Below the pieces are notes generated by a model that was not told where the DNA came from, ran no database searches, and saw only the letters and a program-made list of their open reading frames with translations. From the IMG/VR virus record IMGVR_UViG_3300033074_000450, positions 1 through 64,000 of that record: a stretch of DNA of 64,000 nt, one strand, 5' to 3'. This document shows, one piece after another, positions 26,749-35,971 of the stretch. Origin of the DNA: a virus. Taxonomy: Duplodnaviria > Heunggongvirae > Uroviricota > Caudoviricetes. The position numbers and the translations under genes are program-made. How positions within the stretch are numbered: position 1 is the stretch's first letter; each line of letters starts with the position of its first letter.

Positions 26749-27041
26749 ATCCAGTAATTACTTTTGCAGAAGGTCTGATGAAACATCAAGGTAAAGAAAA
26801 AGCCCTTGCTATCGCTGAAGGCAATGTTCAGATTGCCAAGGCTGTAGGTACTACAGGTGGAGTTCCTTTTGCTGAAGAAGTAGAGATGCAGGAACACACT
26901 TACACTGATAAAGAAACAGGTAAGCAGACCACTCGCACAGTAACCATCATTGATGAAGCTGCTAAGGCCAAGCGTCTTTCTAAACTTCATACCTTTTGGA
27001 TGAATGTAGCAGGGTACATCAAAAACAGACAAGGAAAGTAA
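26745..27041 (+). CDS. Hypothetical protein
   Basis: 98 aa, between the Mre11-like and Rad50-like genes. Confidence 0.4.
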   Translation: MNPVITFAEGLMKHQGKEKALAIAEGNVQIAKAVGTTGGVPFAEEVEMQEHTYTDKETGKQTTRTVTIIDEAAKAKRLSKLHTFWMNVAGYIKNRQGK

Positions 27042-27044
27042 CCT

Positions 27045-29225
27045 ATGATTATCAGAGCCAAGAATTTTCTCAGTTGGGAAAATCTTGAGTTCGAGGTAGC
27101 CAAGGGTGTTACTTTGATTCAAGGCTTCAACCACGACGATAATACTCCAGAAGGCTCTGGTAAGTCTGCTATTCTTAACGCTCTAGCCTGGGGACTCTTC
27201 GGTAAGATTCCCAAGGATGCCAATGTAGATGATGTAATCCGTGAAGGTGCATCTAAATGTGAAGTAGAAATCGAACTCGATGGCTTTACGGTTTATAGAA
27301 GCCGTAAGCCTAATGACCTATGCATCATTCAAAGTAATAAAGAAGTTAGAGGCAAGGACGCAAGGGAAACACAAGCTCAAATCGAGAAATTAGTTGGGAT
27401 GAGCTTCGATAGCTTTTGTCAAAGCATCTATTTTGCTCAAAACTACCCAAATAAATTCGTTACTGCCAACCAAGAGAATAAAGGTAAAATCCTATCTGAA
27501 ATCCTAGACCTGGAACAGTTTGATAGAGCTAGGAAAGCTGCCAACGATAAACTGAAGGTAGTAAATGAAGAGCTTATCGGAATCAATAAGGATGTGGAAC
27601 GCTATGCCACACTCAAGCAAGCTGAACAAAAGAACCGTGAGTCTCTAAAAGAACTCTTGGCTCAATTTGAAGAAGAAAAAGTCACTAAAATTCGTAGCTT
27701 GTTTAAATACTTAGGTCAGAATAAAGCTGAAGCTGAAAAGTTTGTAGAAGAGTTCGAGGCTAGTAAGAAGGAAGAACTCAAGAAAATCAAGACTGAAATC
27801 AAACAGACTGAATTCTCTGTTGACCTGGAAGAAAAAGAAGAATTTAAACTTAAAGAAGTTCTCGGTGAGCTTGACTCCGATAAGATAAGTGAAGAGATTG
27901 ACGCTATCCAGCAAAAACTAGGTGAGCTTGAGGATAATAAGAATGATATAAAAGTCAAGCTTGGTAGCATTGACATGATTCTCAAACAACAGAAGAAGAG
28001 CCAGATAGACCTTAAGAATCTTAAGGGTATTTTGGAAACCACTTCTAGCAAAATCAAGGACATGGAGCTGAACATTGAGGGAGCCTTGTCAGACTTGGAC
28101 CATGACAAAGAAGTTCTGGAAGAGGCCATTGCAGCTTTAAAGAATCCCGAAAAATCGAACTGCCCAACATGTGGTCAAGCCTGGTCGGGTGATATTTCTC
28201 ACTACGAGAAGGAAGTTGAGAAGGCCAAAAAAGAACAGGCCAGAACTCAGAACATGCTAAAAGGATATGAAACGGAGCTGAGTGAGCTTAAAGAAAAGCG
28301 TATTACTCTGAAACAAGATATTAAGCTCCTGGAGAAGGAAGTATCTGAACAAGAAGCTCCCACTTCAGAAAAACTGAACAAGCGTCTCGAAGTACTACAG
28401 AGTAGTATAGACGAGCTTAAAGATTCTAAAAAAGAACTGGAGAATAAACTCAGGGCTGTAGACCGAATCAAAGCTGACCTCAAGGCTATTAAAAATAAGA
28501 TTGAGATTTTCAATAAGCAAAAGAATAAGCTTGAGGAACAGTTGAGTGTTATTAAAAATAATACTCCAGATAAGTTCCTGGAAAAGTTCGAGCGTAGAGC
28601 CAAGGAGCTTGAATCTGAAATTGAAGCTGAAGATGCCAAGGAGCCCACATCATTAAATGAGAAGATTGCGGCTTCGAGTGACAAAATAAAGAAACTCAAC
28701 GCAGACCTACAAAAGGTAGAAGCTGTTCAGGTTGAAAAGAATAAGGCTGTAATCCAGTTAGAAGCTCTGAAGGATGGCTATAAGGAAGTAAAAGCCTATG
28801 CTTTCCAGAATGTTCTGAATCAGCTCACTCGTAAAGCTAACGGCTATTTGGCAGAGCTGTTTGAACAGCCTGTTAAGATTAAATTCCAGAACCTAGATAT
28901 GAAGATTGATGTTTCAGTATCTATTGATGGCAAGGATAGGCCACTAGGACTCTATTCAGGAGGCCAGTTCAGACGTATTGCCTTAGCGGTAGACTTGGCT
29001 CTATCAGACATCACTTGTTCTAGAAATAGCAATAAGCTAAATCTTATGATACTTGATGAGTATTGTAAGGACCTTTCAGAAGTAAGTATGGAGAAGGTTC
29101 TAAAGCTCCTACAATCTCGCAAGGGTTCCACAATCCTAATCGAGCACAACTCAATCTTCAAGAGCATCGTTAACAACGTGTTCGAGGTGGAGCTAATCAA
29201 TAAGGTCAGCAGGAGGGTAGAGTAA
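27045..29225 (+). CDS. Rad50/SbcC-like ATPase (T4 gp46-like)
   Basis: Walker A PEGSGKSAILNA. Long coiled coils with a CPTCGQ zinc hook. Signature LYSGGQFRRIALA and Walker B LMILDE. Confidence 0.85.
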   Translation: MIIRAKNFLSWENLEFEVAKGVTLIQGFNHDDNTPEGSGKSAILNALAWGLFGKIPKDANVDDVIREGASKCEVEIELDGFTVYRSRKPNDLCIIQSNKEVRGKDARETQAQIEKLVGMSFDSFCQSIYFAQNYPNKFVTANQENKGKILSEILDLEQFDRARKAANDKLKVVNEELIGINKDVERYATLKQAEQKNRESLKELLAQFEEEKVTKIRSLFKYLGQNKAEAEKFVEEFEASKKEELKKIKTEIKQTEFSVDLEEKEEFKLKEVLGELDSDKISEEIDAIQQKLGELEDNKNDIKVKLGSIDMILKQQKKSQIDLKNLKGILETTSSKIKDMELNIEGALSDLDHDKEVLEEAIAALKNPEKSNCPTCGQAWSGDISHYEKEVEKAKKEQARTQNMLKGYETELSELKEKRITLKQDIKLLEKEVSEQEAPTSEKLNKRLEVLQSSIDELKDSKKELENKLRAVDRIKADLKAIKNKIEIFNKQKNKLEEQLSVIKNNTPDKFLEKFERRAKELESEIEAEDAKEPTSLNEKIAASSDKIKKLNADLQKVEAVQVEKNKAVIQLEALKDGYKEVKAYAFQNVLNQLTRKANGYLAELFEQPVKIKFQNLDMKIDVSVSIDGKDRPLGLYSGGQFRRIALAVDLALSDITCSRNSNKLNLMILDEYCKDLSEVSMEKVLKLLQSRKGSTILIEHNSIFKSIVNNVFEVELINKVSRRVE

Positions 29226-29575
29226 TGCCATTACGTTACTTTAAATGCCCATTATGTGGACATGAACGGGAAACCCTCAGAAACAAAACTCCTATGTGTA
29301 ATCACAATCAGGAGGAAGAAGGAAGTCCAGTCCCTCTGAAGGAGATGGAAGAAATTCTAGTAGCTCCAGATACTAAGATGATGGAGTCTGTTGACAAGAA
29401 TACTGGCAAGAGCAGACTCAAAGACCAGATGAAAATATTACAAGAGCGGTCCCGAAACTATGCACGAGACCGAGAAGCAGATGACTTAATCCAGATGAAT
29501 CAAAAGAATGGAATCGAGCGGTCTGGATTCTTAACTAAGGATGGTAAGCGTAGGACCAAATTGGATGACAAATGA
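29225..29575 (+). CDS. Zinc-ribbon protein
   Basis: CPLCGHE...CNHN cysteine motif. Confidence 0.4.
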   Translation: MPLRYFKCPLCGHERETLRNKTPMCNHNQEEEGSPVPLKEMEEILVAPDTKMMESVDKNTGKSRLKDQMKILQERSRNYARDREADDLIQMNQKNGIERSGFLTKDGKRRTKLDDK

Positions 29576-30168
29576 TGAAGAAACAGTACAAGATTTGGTT
29601 TACGTCAGATTTACATTTCTGGCATAAGCCGATATTGAGAGAAGATTTTGATAACCGACCTTTTAATGATTTACAGGGCATGGAAGATGGCCTGGTCAAA
29701 AATTGGAACTCGGTAGTAGGACCAGATGATATTACAATCATAGTTGGAGACGTATTCTTTTGCGGCTCTCAAAGAGCCAATCAAATCATGAAGCGTTTGA
29801 ATGGCAAAAAGATTCTAGTAACAGGCAATCATGATGGCAGCTTTACGAACGCAATGAATTGTGGGTTCGACTTCGTGTGCGAAAAGCTCATAATGAAGAT
29901 TGCTGGTCAAGAAGTACTTATTTCCCACTACCCCTACAAATATCATTGGTTAATCAACTGGTTCAAATCTAGAGTCTTAAGGAATAAGCTCCCACGATAC
30001 ATGGACCGAAGGCCAGTCAATAGAGGTGGATGGCTTATTCATGGTCATACTCATTCTACTGAGAGGCTTAAAGGTAAGATGATTCATGTTGGATGTATGG
30101 CCTGGGGTTACAAACCAGTGTCAATCTCAACGATTGAGAGTATAATTAGTACAGGGAAGTTACCATGA
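29572..30168 (+). CDS. Calcineurin-like metallophosphoesterase
   Basis: Motifs SDLHFWH, GDVFF, GNHD, HGHTH. Confidence 0.6.
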   Translation: MMKKQYKIWFTSDLHFWHKPILREDFDNRPFNDLQGMEDGLVKNWNSVVGPDDITIIVGDVFFCGSQRANQIMKRLNGKKILVTGNHDGSFTNAMNCGFDFVCEKLIMKIAGQEVLISHYPYKYHWLINWFKSRVLRNKLPRYMDRRPVNRGGWLIHGHTHSTERLKGKMIHVGCMAWGYKPVSISTIESIISTGKLP

Positions 30169-30800
30169 GAAAACTATTATGTTTAGACTTGTCCACAACT
30201 TGTACAGGTTGGGCAGTATTTGACTTGGATACTAAGAAGCTCCTGGATTATGGAGCCATAAAACCAAATAAAAAGGGAATGAGTAAGCTAGACTACCCTA
30301 CAAAGCAGCTCAGAGTCATGCAGGACATCACTAACCAGTTAATGTCTTTGATTTATAAACATGATGGCTTTTCCAGAACCAATCCTAAAAACGAAATCAA
30401 AATGATTTTAATTGAGGAAGTAAATCTCCACAAGTCTCGCATGACTGGTAAAACGCTTGACGGTATGCATTGGATTCTAATGGAGGCTTTAGCCGCTGAC
30501 CCAGAAATAGATTACATCAGTAGGGTTAGATATAGAGACTCCGATGGAGAAACTGGGTGGAGGTCCCGTCTTAATCTGAGATTAAGTGAGAATGACAAAA
30601 AACTCAACGCTGAACGTAAGAAAATCAATAAGAAGCTCAAAGGTAAGGACCAACTCCCAATCATCAATAAGAAACACTTAGCAGCTAGGTATGTGAATTC
30701 AGAGCTAAACCTGGGCTTCGATGTAGACGAGAACGCCACAGACAATGACATTGTGGATGCCATCGGACTAGGTTTGAGTGAACTCTTGACTCTTGAATAG
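30165..30800 (+). CDS. RuvC-like Holliday junction resolvase (RNase H fold)
   Basis: N-terminal LCLDLSTTCTGWAVFD matches the RuvC LGIDPGxxxxGWAV motif. Confidence 0.6.
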   Translation: MRKLLCLDLSTTCTGWAVFDLDTKKLLDYGAIKPNKKGMSKLDYPTKQLRVMQDITNQLMSLIYKHDGFSRTNPKNEIKMILIEEVNLHKSRMTGKTLDGMHWILMEALAADPEIDYISRVRYRDSDGETGWRSRLNLRLSENDKKLNAERKKINKKLKGKDQLPIINKKHLAARYVNSELNLGFDVDENATDNDIVDAIGLGLSELLTLE

Positions 30801-30821
30801 AGCTGTAGTATTCTTTAAATG

Positions 30822-30927
30822 GCTTGTATAGCTCAACTGGTAGAGCCCTATTCCCGTTGGATAAACATGCTGACTAGCTTAAGCTTGAAGCATGAGGAGG
30901 TTATCGGTTCAAGTCCGATTGCAAGCC
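30822..30927 (+). tRNA. tRNA-like gene with canonical acceptor, D and T arms but an aberrant 55-nt central region; anticodon not assignable
   Basis: Acceptor GCTTGTA/TGCAAGC, D-arm TAGCTCAACTGGTAGAGC, T-arm ATCGG-TTCAAGT-CCGAT, discriminator C. The central region contains a CATGCT..AGCATG hairpin. Confidence 0.5.
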
Positions 30928-30942
30928 TTTTAGGAGTTATTA

Positions 30943-31500
30943 GTGTCTAAAAAAGATACATCTCAAAATGAGTTGAACCAATTTGTTCCAGCAGGACTCA
31001 AATGGTTGTATGAAATGGAGGCAGTCAATTCCCCCGTTTTACTTAATAACTTATATGGCAACATCTATAGCTTTCCTAACGTAGCTGACGCTGAAATCCT
31101 ATTAGACCGATATAATAAGAAAATGCTGGTCTATGTTAAATTTACATGGTTTGTCCGAAATTACTGGAAATCACGCAAGAAACTTGTTACTATATCTATA
31201 TTGGACCAACTTCAGGAACTCTTACCTAGCTTCGAGTTCCGAATCATTGAGGACAAGGCTTTATTCGATTTAGCTGTTCTCAGGATGAAGGAAAGTCTAT
31301 TAGGAGGTAACAATGAGAACGATAACAAGCCTGATGATGGCAATAATGGTGATAGTACCGCAAGCAGCGGTCCCAGCAGTCTCGCCATTAACAATCCAAG
31401 TGACTCCAATTCTTCAACAGAAGAAGTTAAAGAAGCAGTTAGTACCGAAATTGGACAAGAAGCTTCTGGAGCAGATAAAAAAGAATCATCCGAATCTTGA
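30943..31500 (+). CDS. Hypothetical protein with a low-complexity N/D/S-rich C-terminus
   Basis: Its 3' end overlaps the SLT gene in another frame. Confidence 0.4.
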   Translation: MSKKDTSQNELNQFVPAGLKWLYEMEAVNSPVLLNNLYGNIYSFPNVADAEILLDRYNKKMLVYVKFTWFVRNYWKSRKKLVTISILDQLQELLPSFEFRIIEDKALFDLAVLRMKESLLGGNNENDNKPDDGNNGDSTASSGPSSLAINNPSDSNSSTEEVKEAVSTEIGQEASGADKKESSES

Positions 31501-31879
31501 TGAAGACTATTCAAGAGAAATAGCTTCAGCGATTACCGTTGTATCAAAAAAGCACAACATCAAAGCCGAGAAAATAGCTGCTATTGCAATGCAGGAATCT
31601 TCATATCAGTTAGACGCTACGAACTGCTATACAATAAATGGTAAGAAGCGTTGTGATTACTGCATGATGCAGATAAATGACCGCACAGCTAAGAACTTTG
31701 GCTTCGATAAGAAAAAGCTTATGACAGATATCCAATATTGTGTGGAAGCTGGAGCCTTAGTACTGAAGGACTTCAAGCGTATGTATGGCAAAAAAGAGCC
31801 TAAATGGTGGACTCGCTACAATTCTAGTAATCCAGAAAAGCGTGAAGTCTACGAAGACAAGGTGGAGCGTTGGTTATGA
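31313..31879 (+). CDS. Lytic transglycosylase (SLT domain), possibly signal-anchored; start uncertain
   Basis: AIAMQESSY catalytic Glu-Ser motif and CDYCMMQIN resembling the GLMQ motif. The only in-frame ATGs are at or before 31346, giving a hydrophobic N-terminus (MMAIMVIVPQAAVPAV). Alternative TTG at 31451. Confidence 0.55.
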   Translation: MRTITSLMMAIMVIVPQAAVPAVSPLTIQVTPILQQKKLKKQLVPKLDKKLLEQIKKNHPNLDEDYSREIASAITVVSKKHNIKAEKIAAIAMQESSYQLDATNCYTINGKKRCDYCMMQINDRTAKNFGFDKKKLMTDIQYCVEAGALVLKDFKRMYGKKEPKWWTRYNSSNPEKREVYEDKVERWL

Positions 31880-32265
31880 TTTGGATTGTAGGCAGTAATC
31901 CTAGCCCAAAGAATGTCAACCCATTGGTTCCTTTCTGGGGAACTACCAGCTACGAAACTCTCAGCAGATGGTTGAAGGTCCTGGGAATCAATAGACATGC
32001 ATTGCTCAACGTATCCAATGAAGTTACGAATGGTAAGATTCCCAAGCTAACAGCAGAGGACCTACTCAGAGTTAAGTTAAAGCTGGAGAATGCTACTACA
32101 GTCATTGCCTTGGGTAATACAGCATCAATGGCTCTCAAGCGTCTAGGAATTAAACACTTCAAGCTCCCACATCCTAGTGGAAGAAATAGACTCCTGAACG
32201 ATAAGAAATTTATTGAGCTTGAATTAGACAGATGTAGGGATTGGTTATCAAAAAGAAAAGCTTGA
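31870..32265 (+). CDS. Uracil-DNA glycosylase superfamily protein (Mug/TDG-like), tentative
   Basis: IVGSNPSP resembles the GINPG motif. LPHPSGRNRL resembles the xPSxxS/R motif. Confidence 0.35.
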   Translation: MVMIWIVGSNPSPKNVNPLVPFWGTTSYETLSRWLKVLGINRHALLNVSNEVTNGKIPKLTAEDLLRVKLKLENATTVIALGNTASMALKRLGIKHFKLPHPSGRNRLLNDKKFIELELDRCRDWLSKRKA

Positions 32266-32324
32266 AAAAATAACACTGTACTTTTTACCTTAGTAGTTCT
32301 ATACTTAAGTTAATAGGAGGTTTT

Positions 32325-32699
32325 ATGAAAGTTCAAATTGAAGTAACAGACCAAATGATTGCTGATGTTTTGACTTCTGGCTTGGAGGGTGGAGTAGGTT
32401 ACTGGTCTCAAATCCAAAAACACATTAAGCCTAAATCATTAGATTTTCGTATTGACAAAGAACATGTATTTGAGCACATCGACTTTCCCATGAATAAGGG
32501 TGGAGCTATAGTTCTCAAGGACCTTGAGAGCAATAAAAATTACACACTAACATTACCTAAGTTACGGAGAGCTGTTAAGTTGATGGCCTCTGGTAAATAC
32601 AAACATCACTTCAACGATATGATAAATGAGAATTCAGACGCTATTACTGGAGATGTCTTGATTCAGTTGGCAGTCCTGGGGGATGTGATTTATGGATAA
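32325..32699 (+). CDS. Hypothetical protein
   Basis: 124 aa with AGGAGG RBS. Confidence 0.45.
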   Translation: MKVQIEVTDQMIADVLTSGLEGGVGYWSQIQKHIKPKSLDFRIDKEHVFEHIDFPMNKGGAIVLKDLESNKNYTLTLPKLRRAVKLMASGKYKHHFNDMINENSDAITGDVLIQLAVLGDVIYG

Positions 32700-32883
32700 T
32701 ATGAACGAAATGGTTTATGTAGATAAAATGGGAAAAGAGTATCAGGTATTACACTCCTTTCCTTTTGCTTACTTGTACGAAGATGGCTACGAGATTTTTA
32801 GGGGTTCGTTGGAAGGTATTGAGAAGCTTGGTTTGAAGTTCTTGAGAAAGGGAACTTTGAACGTAGATGGAACTGAATTGTAA
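32692..32883 (+). CDS. Hypothetical protein
   Basis: 63 aa. Confidence 0.35.
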   Translation: MDNMNEMVYVDKMGKEYQVLHSFPFAYLYEDGYEIFRGSLEGIEKLGLKFLRKGTLNVDGTEL

Positions 32884-32951
32884 AAAATAAAGTTCTTTAC
32901 AAAATTGATTTGAAATGCAAGAATTACATTGAATCTATAGGAGGTAATTAC

Positions 32952-33194
32952 ATGGATTCGGAAAATAAGGACCAAGTTGTTAGTTCGGGTATTATTACCC
33001 TAGCTGAGTTAGAGCGTAAGCATATTACTTCGGCTCTCCAGCATTTTGGAGGTAATAAAACTCAAGCGGCTCATGCTCTTGGAATCACGATTAAGACTCT
33101 ATACAACAAACTACATCAGTATGGTGAGTTTGAGAAGTATGCGGTTTATCCAAAGGTGGATGCCAGTGAAACCTCTACAGAACAAAAAGGATAA
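32952..33194 (+). CDS. Fis-family (NtrC C-terminal type) helix-turn-helix DNA-binding protein
   Basis: LAELERKHITSALQHFGGNKTQAAHALGITIKTLYNKLHQYG matches the Fis/HTH_8 consensus. Start trimmed to the Met that has a TAGGAGG RBS. Confidence 0.65.
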   Translation: MDSENKDQVVSSGIITLAELERKHITSALQHFGGNKTQAAHALGITIKTLYNKLHQYGEFEKYAVYPKVDASETSTEQKG

Positions 33195-33384
33195 TGTTAC
33201 AGAGCTAAAGAGCGTAGTTAATCGTTTGTACTATGTTTCTTATGACTCTGAATTCCTTGGTACTATAGCTGCTAGAACTAAGCAAGAGGCTTTTAACAAG
33301 GCCATCTCTAGGTTTGGCAAGCATATTATCAGGAATACAAATTATCTCGATGTGGTTGATTCGGGTAAATATGAGAATCCTTAA
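33160..33384 (+). CDS. Small hypothetical protein
   Basis: Start trimmed to an ATG with AAGGTGG RBS; overlaps the 3' end of the Fis-like gene. Confidence 0.35.
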   Translation: MPVKPLQNKKDNVTELKSVVNRLYYVSYDSEFLGTIAARTKQEAFNKAISRFGKHIIRNTNYLDVVDSGKYENP

Positions 33385-33574
33385 GAAATTAGGACCCGAT
33401 AGATACATCGAGTACGATGAAGAGTCTGGTAGGATTCTAACTGTTGAGATGACCAGAAACGAAACCTACTCTTTTAGACTCAGGGCACAAGTCGATGATT
33501 TGGCAATAGCAGCGGTGGAAGCCGCTGACAGGGAGTACGATGAGCAAGAACCACACAAGCTATACTTATCCTAA
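33371..33574 (+). CDS. Small hypothetical protein
   Basis: ATG overlaps the upstream stop (ATGAGAATCCTTAA). Confidence 0.35.
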   Translation: MRILKKLGPDRYIEYDEESGRILTVEMTRNETYSFRLRAQVDDLAIAAVEAADREYDEQEPHKLYLS

Positions 33575-33794
33575 GTTTGATGCTCTCAAGACTTTTCATC
33601 TTGAGAAGCGTCTCGGACCCAATAAATGGGAATCCAAGGGTAAGGGCTTGCTCGAAAGTGGACCAACCATAGAAGTTGGCAGAAGTGTGATGGTAGCAGG
33701 TTGGGTAACTACCGAAGTTTATTCAGTGACTACACACAAGATGTGGGTAGTTTTTCAGACTAGAAATTCTATTTACAGGATAAGTCAAGCATGA
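33540..33794 (+). CDS. Hypothetical protein
   Basis: 84 aa. Confidence 0.35.
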   Translation: MSKNHTSYTYPKFDALKTFHLEKRLGPNKWESKGKGLLESGPTIEVGRSVMVAGWVTTEVYSVTTHKMWVVFQTRNSIYRISQA

Positions 33795-34078
33795 AATTTG
33801 AACGATGGCACTTTGATAAAGATTATAGACATGAAGAGGAAACACCTCTTCCTGTTTTAGACTGGTCGTGGTACTACATTGACCGTCACTTTGATTATCA
33901 TTGGGCAGGGGTTCGTAAGAATGGATTCACTGGTAAATATTATAAGATTTTCAGCTTCAGCTTCATAATCTTTAGACACGAATTCGGTTTTAGGATAGAG
34001 TATGGACATGGAGAGATGACTCCAGAAGAAGCTTATAGAGCTTACCATGACCGTATTAAAGCGAGGAACAGCAAATGA
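33791..34078 (+). CDS. Hypothetical protein
   Basis: 95 aa, operon-style overlap. Confidence 0.4.
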   Translation: MKFERWHFDKDYRHEEETPLPVLDWSWYYIDRHFDYHWAGVRKNGFTGKYYKIFSFSFIIFRHEFGFRIEYGHGEMTPEEAYRAYHDRIKARNSK

Positions 34079-34470
34079 TTTTTATGATTAGAGTTCATGC
34101 CTATTTTAAAAAAGATTCAAACAAACAAGACTACAAAGGTCAAGGTACTGTTAGTGCAGTTAAAAATACGATTCAATCATTGATGAGGGAACCAGGCATA
34201 TCTGTGATAGTCATTGAGAATCCAGTTAATAATCATAGGTTCAAATGGGACCCATCAATGGACCAGCGTTGGAGAGAGATTGGTAAGCCTCAAGACCCAA
34301 ATACTATCAAAGCTATTGACCAAATGAGACGAGAAATGACTAAAGCAGTAGTTGGAGCCCAAACTCACAGAACTCCAATTTTTACAGGTAAGAACGCTGT
34401 TTTAAAAATCAATGGTCAGGTAGTGGCCTTTGCAAACCCCGTAGAATTTAAAATGGAATATAAAAAATAG
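34075..34470 (+). CDS. Hypothetical protein
   Basis: 131 aa. Confidence 0.4.
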   Translation: MIFMIRVHAYFKKDSNKQDYKGQGTVSAVKNTIQSLMREPGISVIVIENPVNNHRFKWDPSMDQRWREIGKPQDPNTIKAIDQMRREMTKAVVGAQTHRTPIFTGKNAVLKINGQVVAFANPVEFKMEYKK

Positions 34471-34479
34471 GAGAATTAT

Positions 34480-34806
34480 ATGGCAAAAGAAAAAGAACAG
34501 TTCGATGACCGCAAGCTCATCAATCTAGCCCGTTACAACTGGTTTCGCATGTCCACATACAAGCGACCAGAGATTGACGGACTCTTTGAAAAGGAAACTT
34601 TAACTAACGCTGAACGAAATGAGTTACTGGCATTCTTGAATGAGACCAGAGCTTTCACAGCTCCTCAAGCAAGCATTCGTTCAATGAAGGAAGAAATCTT
34701 CAAAATTATTGGAGTTAAGGATGAGGTGTACAATCCCCATCCTACAGTTAGTCGTAAAGAACTAGAAGTTATTTATAACTACCTGAAAGGAATCAAGGAA
34801 TCATGA
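34480..34806 (+). CDS. Hypothetical protein
   Basis: 108 aa with GGAG RBS. Confidence 0.4.
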   Translation: MAKEKEQFDDRKLINLARYNWFRMSTYKRPEIDGLFEKETLTNAERNELLAFLNETRAFTAPQASIRSMKEEIFKIIGVKDEVYNPHPTVSRKELEVIYNYLKGIKES

Positions 34807-35261
34807 AGAATGTTGTCCTAGACATATACAATGACACGCTTATTCGTATGCTTCAGGATGCACATGCTGGAGAACTCGGAGCCTTTCATGCGTATGCAGG
34901 ACACATTCGAGCCACTAAGGATGTGGCAGAACGCAACAAGCTTATTCAGATTCAAGCTGACGAGCTTAGACATATCAATGACTGTAAACGACTCTTGAAT
35001 CATTACGGATATTCTACAAACAAGCTAAAAGACTCTATAATGACCTTCATTGGTAAGACTCTGGGCTTGGCTTGTTTTGTATCTGGTAGAAGATTGGCAG
35101 CTTGGGGAGCTGGACTTATTGAAAAGATTGGAATGGTAAACTACCAGAAAATGGTTGATATCTCCCAAAAGTTGGGTAATAAAAGATTGATTGACATTTT
35201 TACAAATATGAGGGACACTGAAGTAGCTCACGAATTATATTTCAAGGAGCTTTTAAAGTGA
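34803..35261 (+). CDS. Ferritin-like di-iron domain protein (tentative)
   Basis: Repeated E-x2/3-H motifs in predicted helices: ELGAFHAY, ADELRH, TEVAHE. Confidence 0.3.
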   Translation: MKNVVLDIYNDTLIRMLQDAHAGELGAFHAYAGHIRATKDVAERNKLIQIQADELRHINDCKRLLNHYGYSTNKLKDSIMTFIGKTLGLACFVSGRRLAAWGAGLIEKIGMVNYQKMVDISQKLGNKRLIDIFTNMRDTEVAHELYFKELLK

Positions 35262-35593
35262 AATTAAATCTACATCCCCCTAAAAAACCTTTCAAATGCG
35301 TGAATTGTAAAAAGAATAAAGACAATCATAGAGCAAAAGACTCCGCATGTCCGATAGGTACGAAAACTAGAATCGGTTATACATCCTTTCACAAAACCCA
35401 AAAGTATTATCCAAAGCTCCCACATGGAGAAATTTGTTTCGATTGCGGTCCACTTGCAGGATTAAAATGGAAAGATGGACATATTTGTACAGCATGGCAA
35501 GCAGAATGCCCATACTGTGGTCAAGATAAATCATTGGTAGCTACAACTGATTTTATATTTCCAAGAGAGAAGGATGTAAAAATATGGGATTAG
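35258..35593 (+). CDS. Cys-rich zinc-finger protein
   Basis: CVNC..CPIG..CFDC..CPYC. Confidence 0.4.
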   Translation: MKLNLHPPKKPFKCVNCKKNKDNHRAKDSACPIGTKTRIGYTSFHKTQKYYPKLPHGEICFDCGPLAGLKWKDGHICTAWQAECPYCGQDKSLVATTDFIFPREKDVKIWD

Positions 35594-35769
35594 AAACTGA
35601 ATTCTATTTAAAATTAGCACTATCGTTTGTAGGAGCAGCTATCCTATATTACTTTATGCATCGAGCACAGAAGAGAAAAGAAGCTGAAGCAGAGGCTCAG
35701 TTTCAACGTACCATGCAAATGATTGAGCTTAGGAATCGTAAAATCGGAGACAATAATGAGAGTATTTAA
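35584..35769 (+). CDS. Small membrane protein
   Basis: TM helix LALSFVGAAILYYF. Confidence 0.35.
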   Translation: MGLETEFYLKLALSFVGAAILYYFMHRAQKRKEAEAEAQFQRTMQMIELRNRKIGDNNESI

Positions 35770-35971
35770 TTTAATCGCATTGAGTTATGGTTTTGCCTTG
35801 GGTGGAGCCCTTGGATTGTGTGTATTGTTTGAATACTTATTTGGTCCAGACGATGCTAAATTCTTAGTAGCTCCTTTCGCATTGGCACTTGGATTCTCAG
35901 CTCGTAGAATCATGCAGAAGCTTCTAGGTTATACTCTCGAAGAGGCTCTCAAAGATGGCAGAGACTCTTAA
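35756..35971 (+). CDS. Small membrane protein
   Basis: Start trimmed to the Met that has a GGAGA RBS. Hydrophobic LIALSYGFALGGALGLCVLF. Confidence 0.35.
   Translation: MRVFNLIALSYGFALGGALGLCVLFEYLFGPDDAKFLVAPFALALGFSARRIMQKLLGYTLEEALKDGRDS

Noticed and set aside
26403-27134. 243-aa minus-strand ORF spanning the Mre11 3' end, the 98-aa gene and the Rad50 5' end
   Set aside because: Overlaps three well-supported plus-strand genes. S/L-rich antisense artefact.
27716-28699. 137-aa and 150-aa minus-strand ORFs inside the Rad50 coiled-coil region
   Set aside because: Antisense of K/E-rich coiled-coil coding sequence, giving S/L/F-rich pseudo-proteins.
31471-31485. Possible -1 slippery site (A-rich GATAAAAAAG) in the overlap between the 30943 gene and the SLT gene
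   Set aside because: The A-run is not in the X_XXY_YYZ register relative to the upstream frame, and the overlap implied would need a +1/-1 shift into a frame that is already open far upstream. An overlapping start is more parsimonious.
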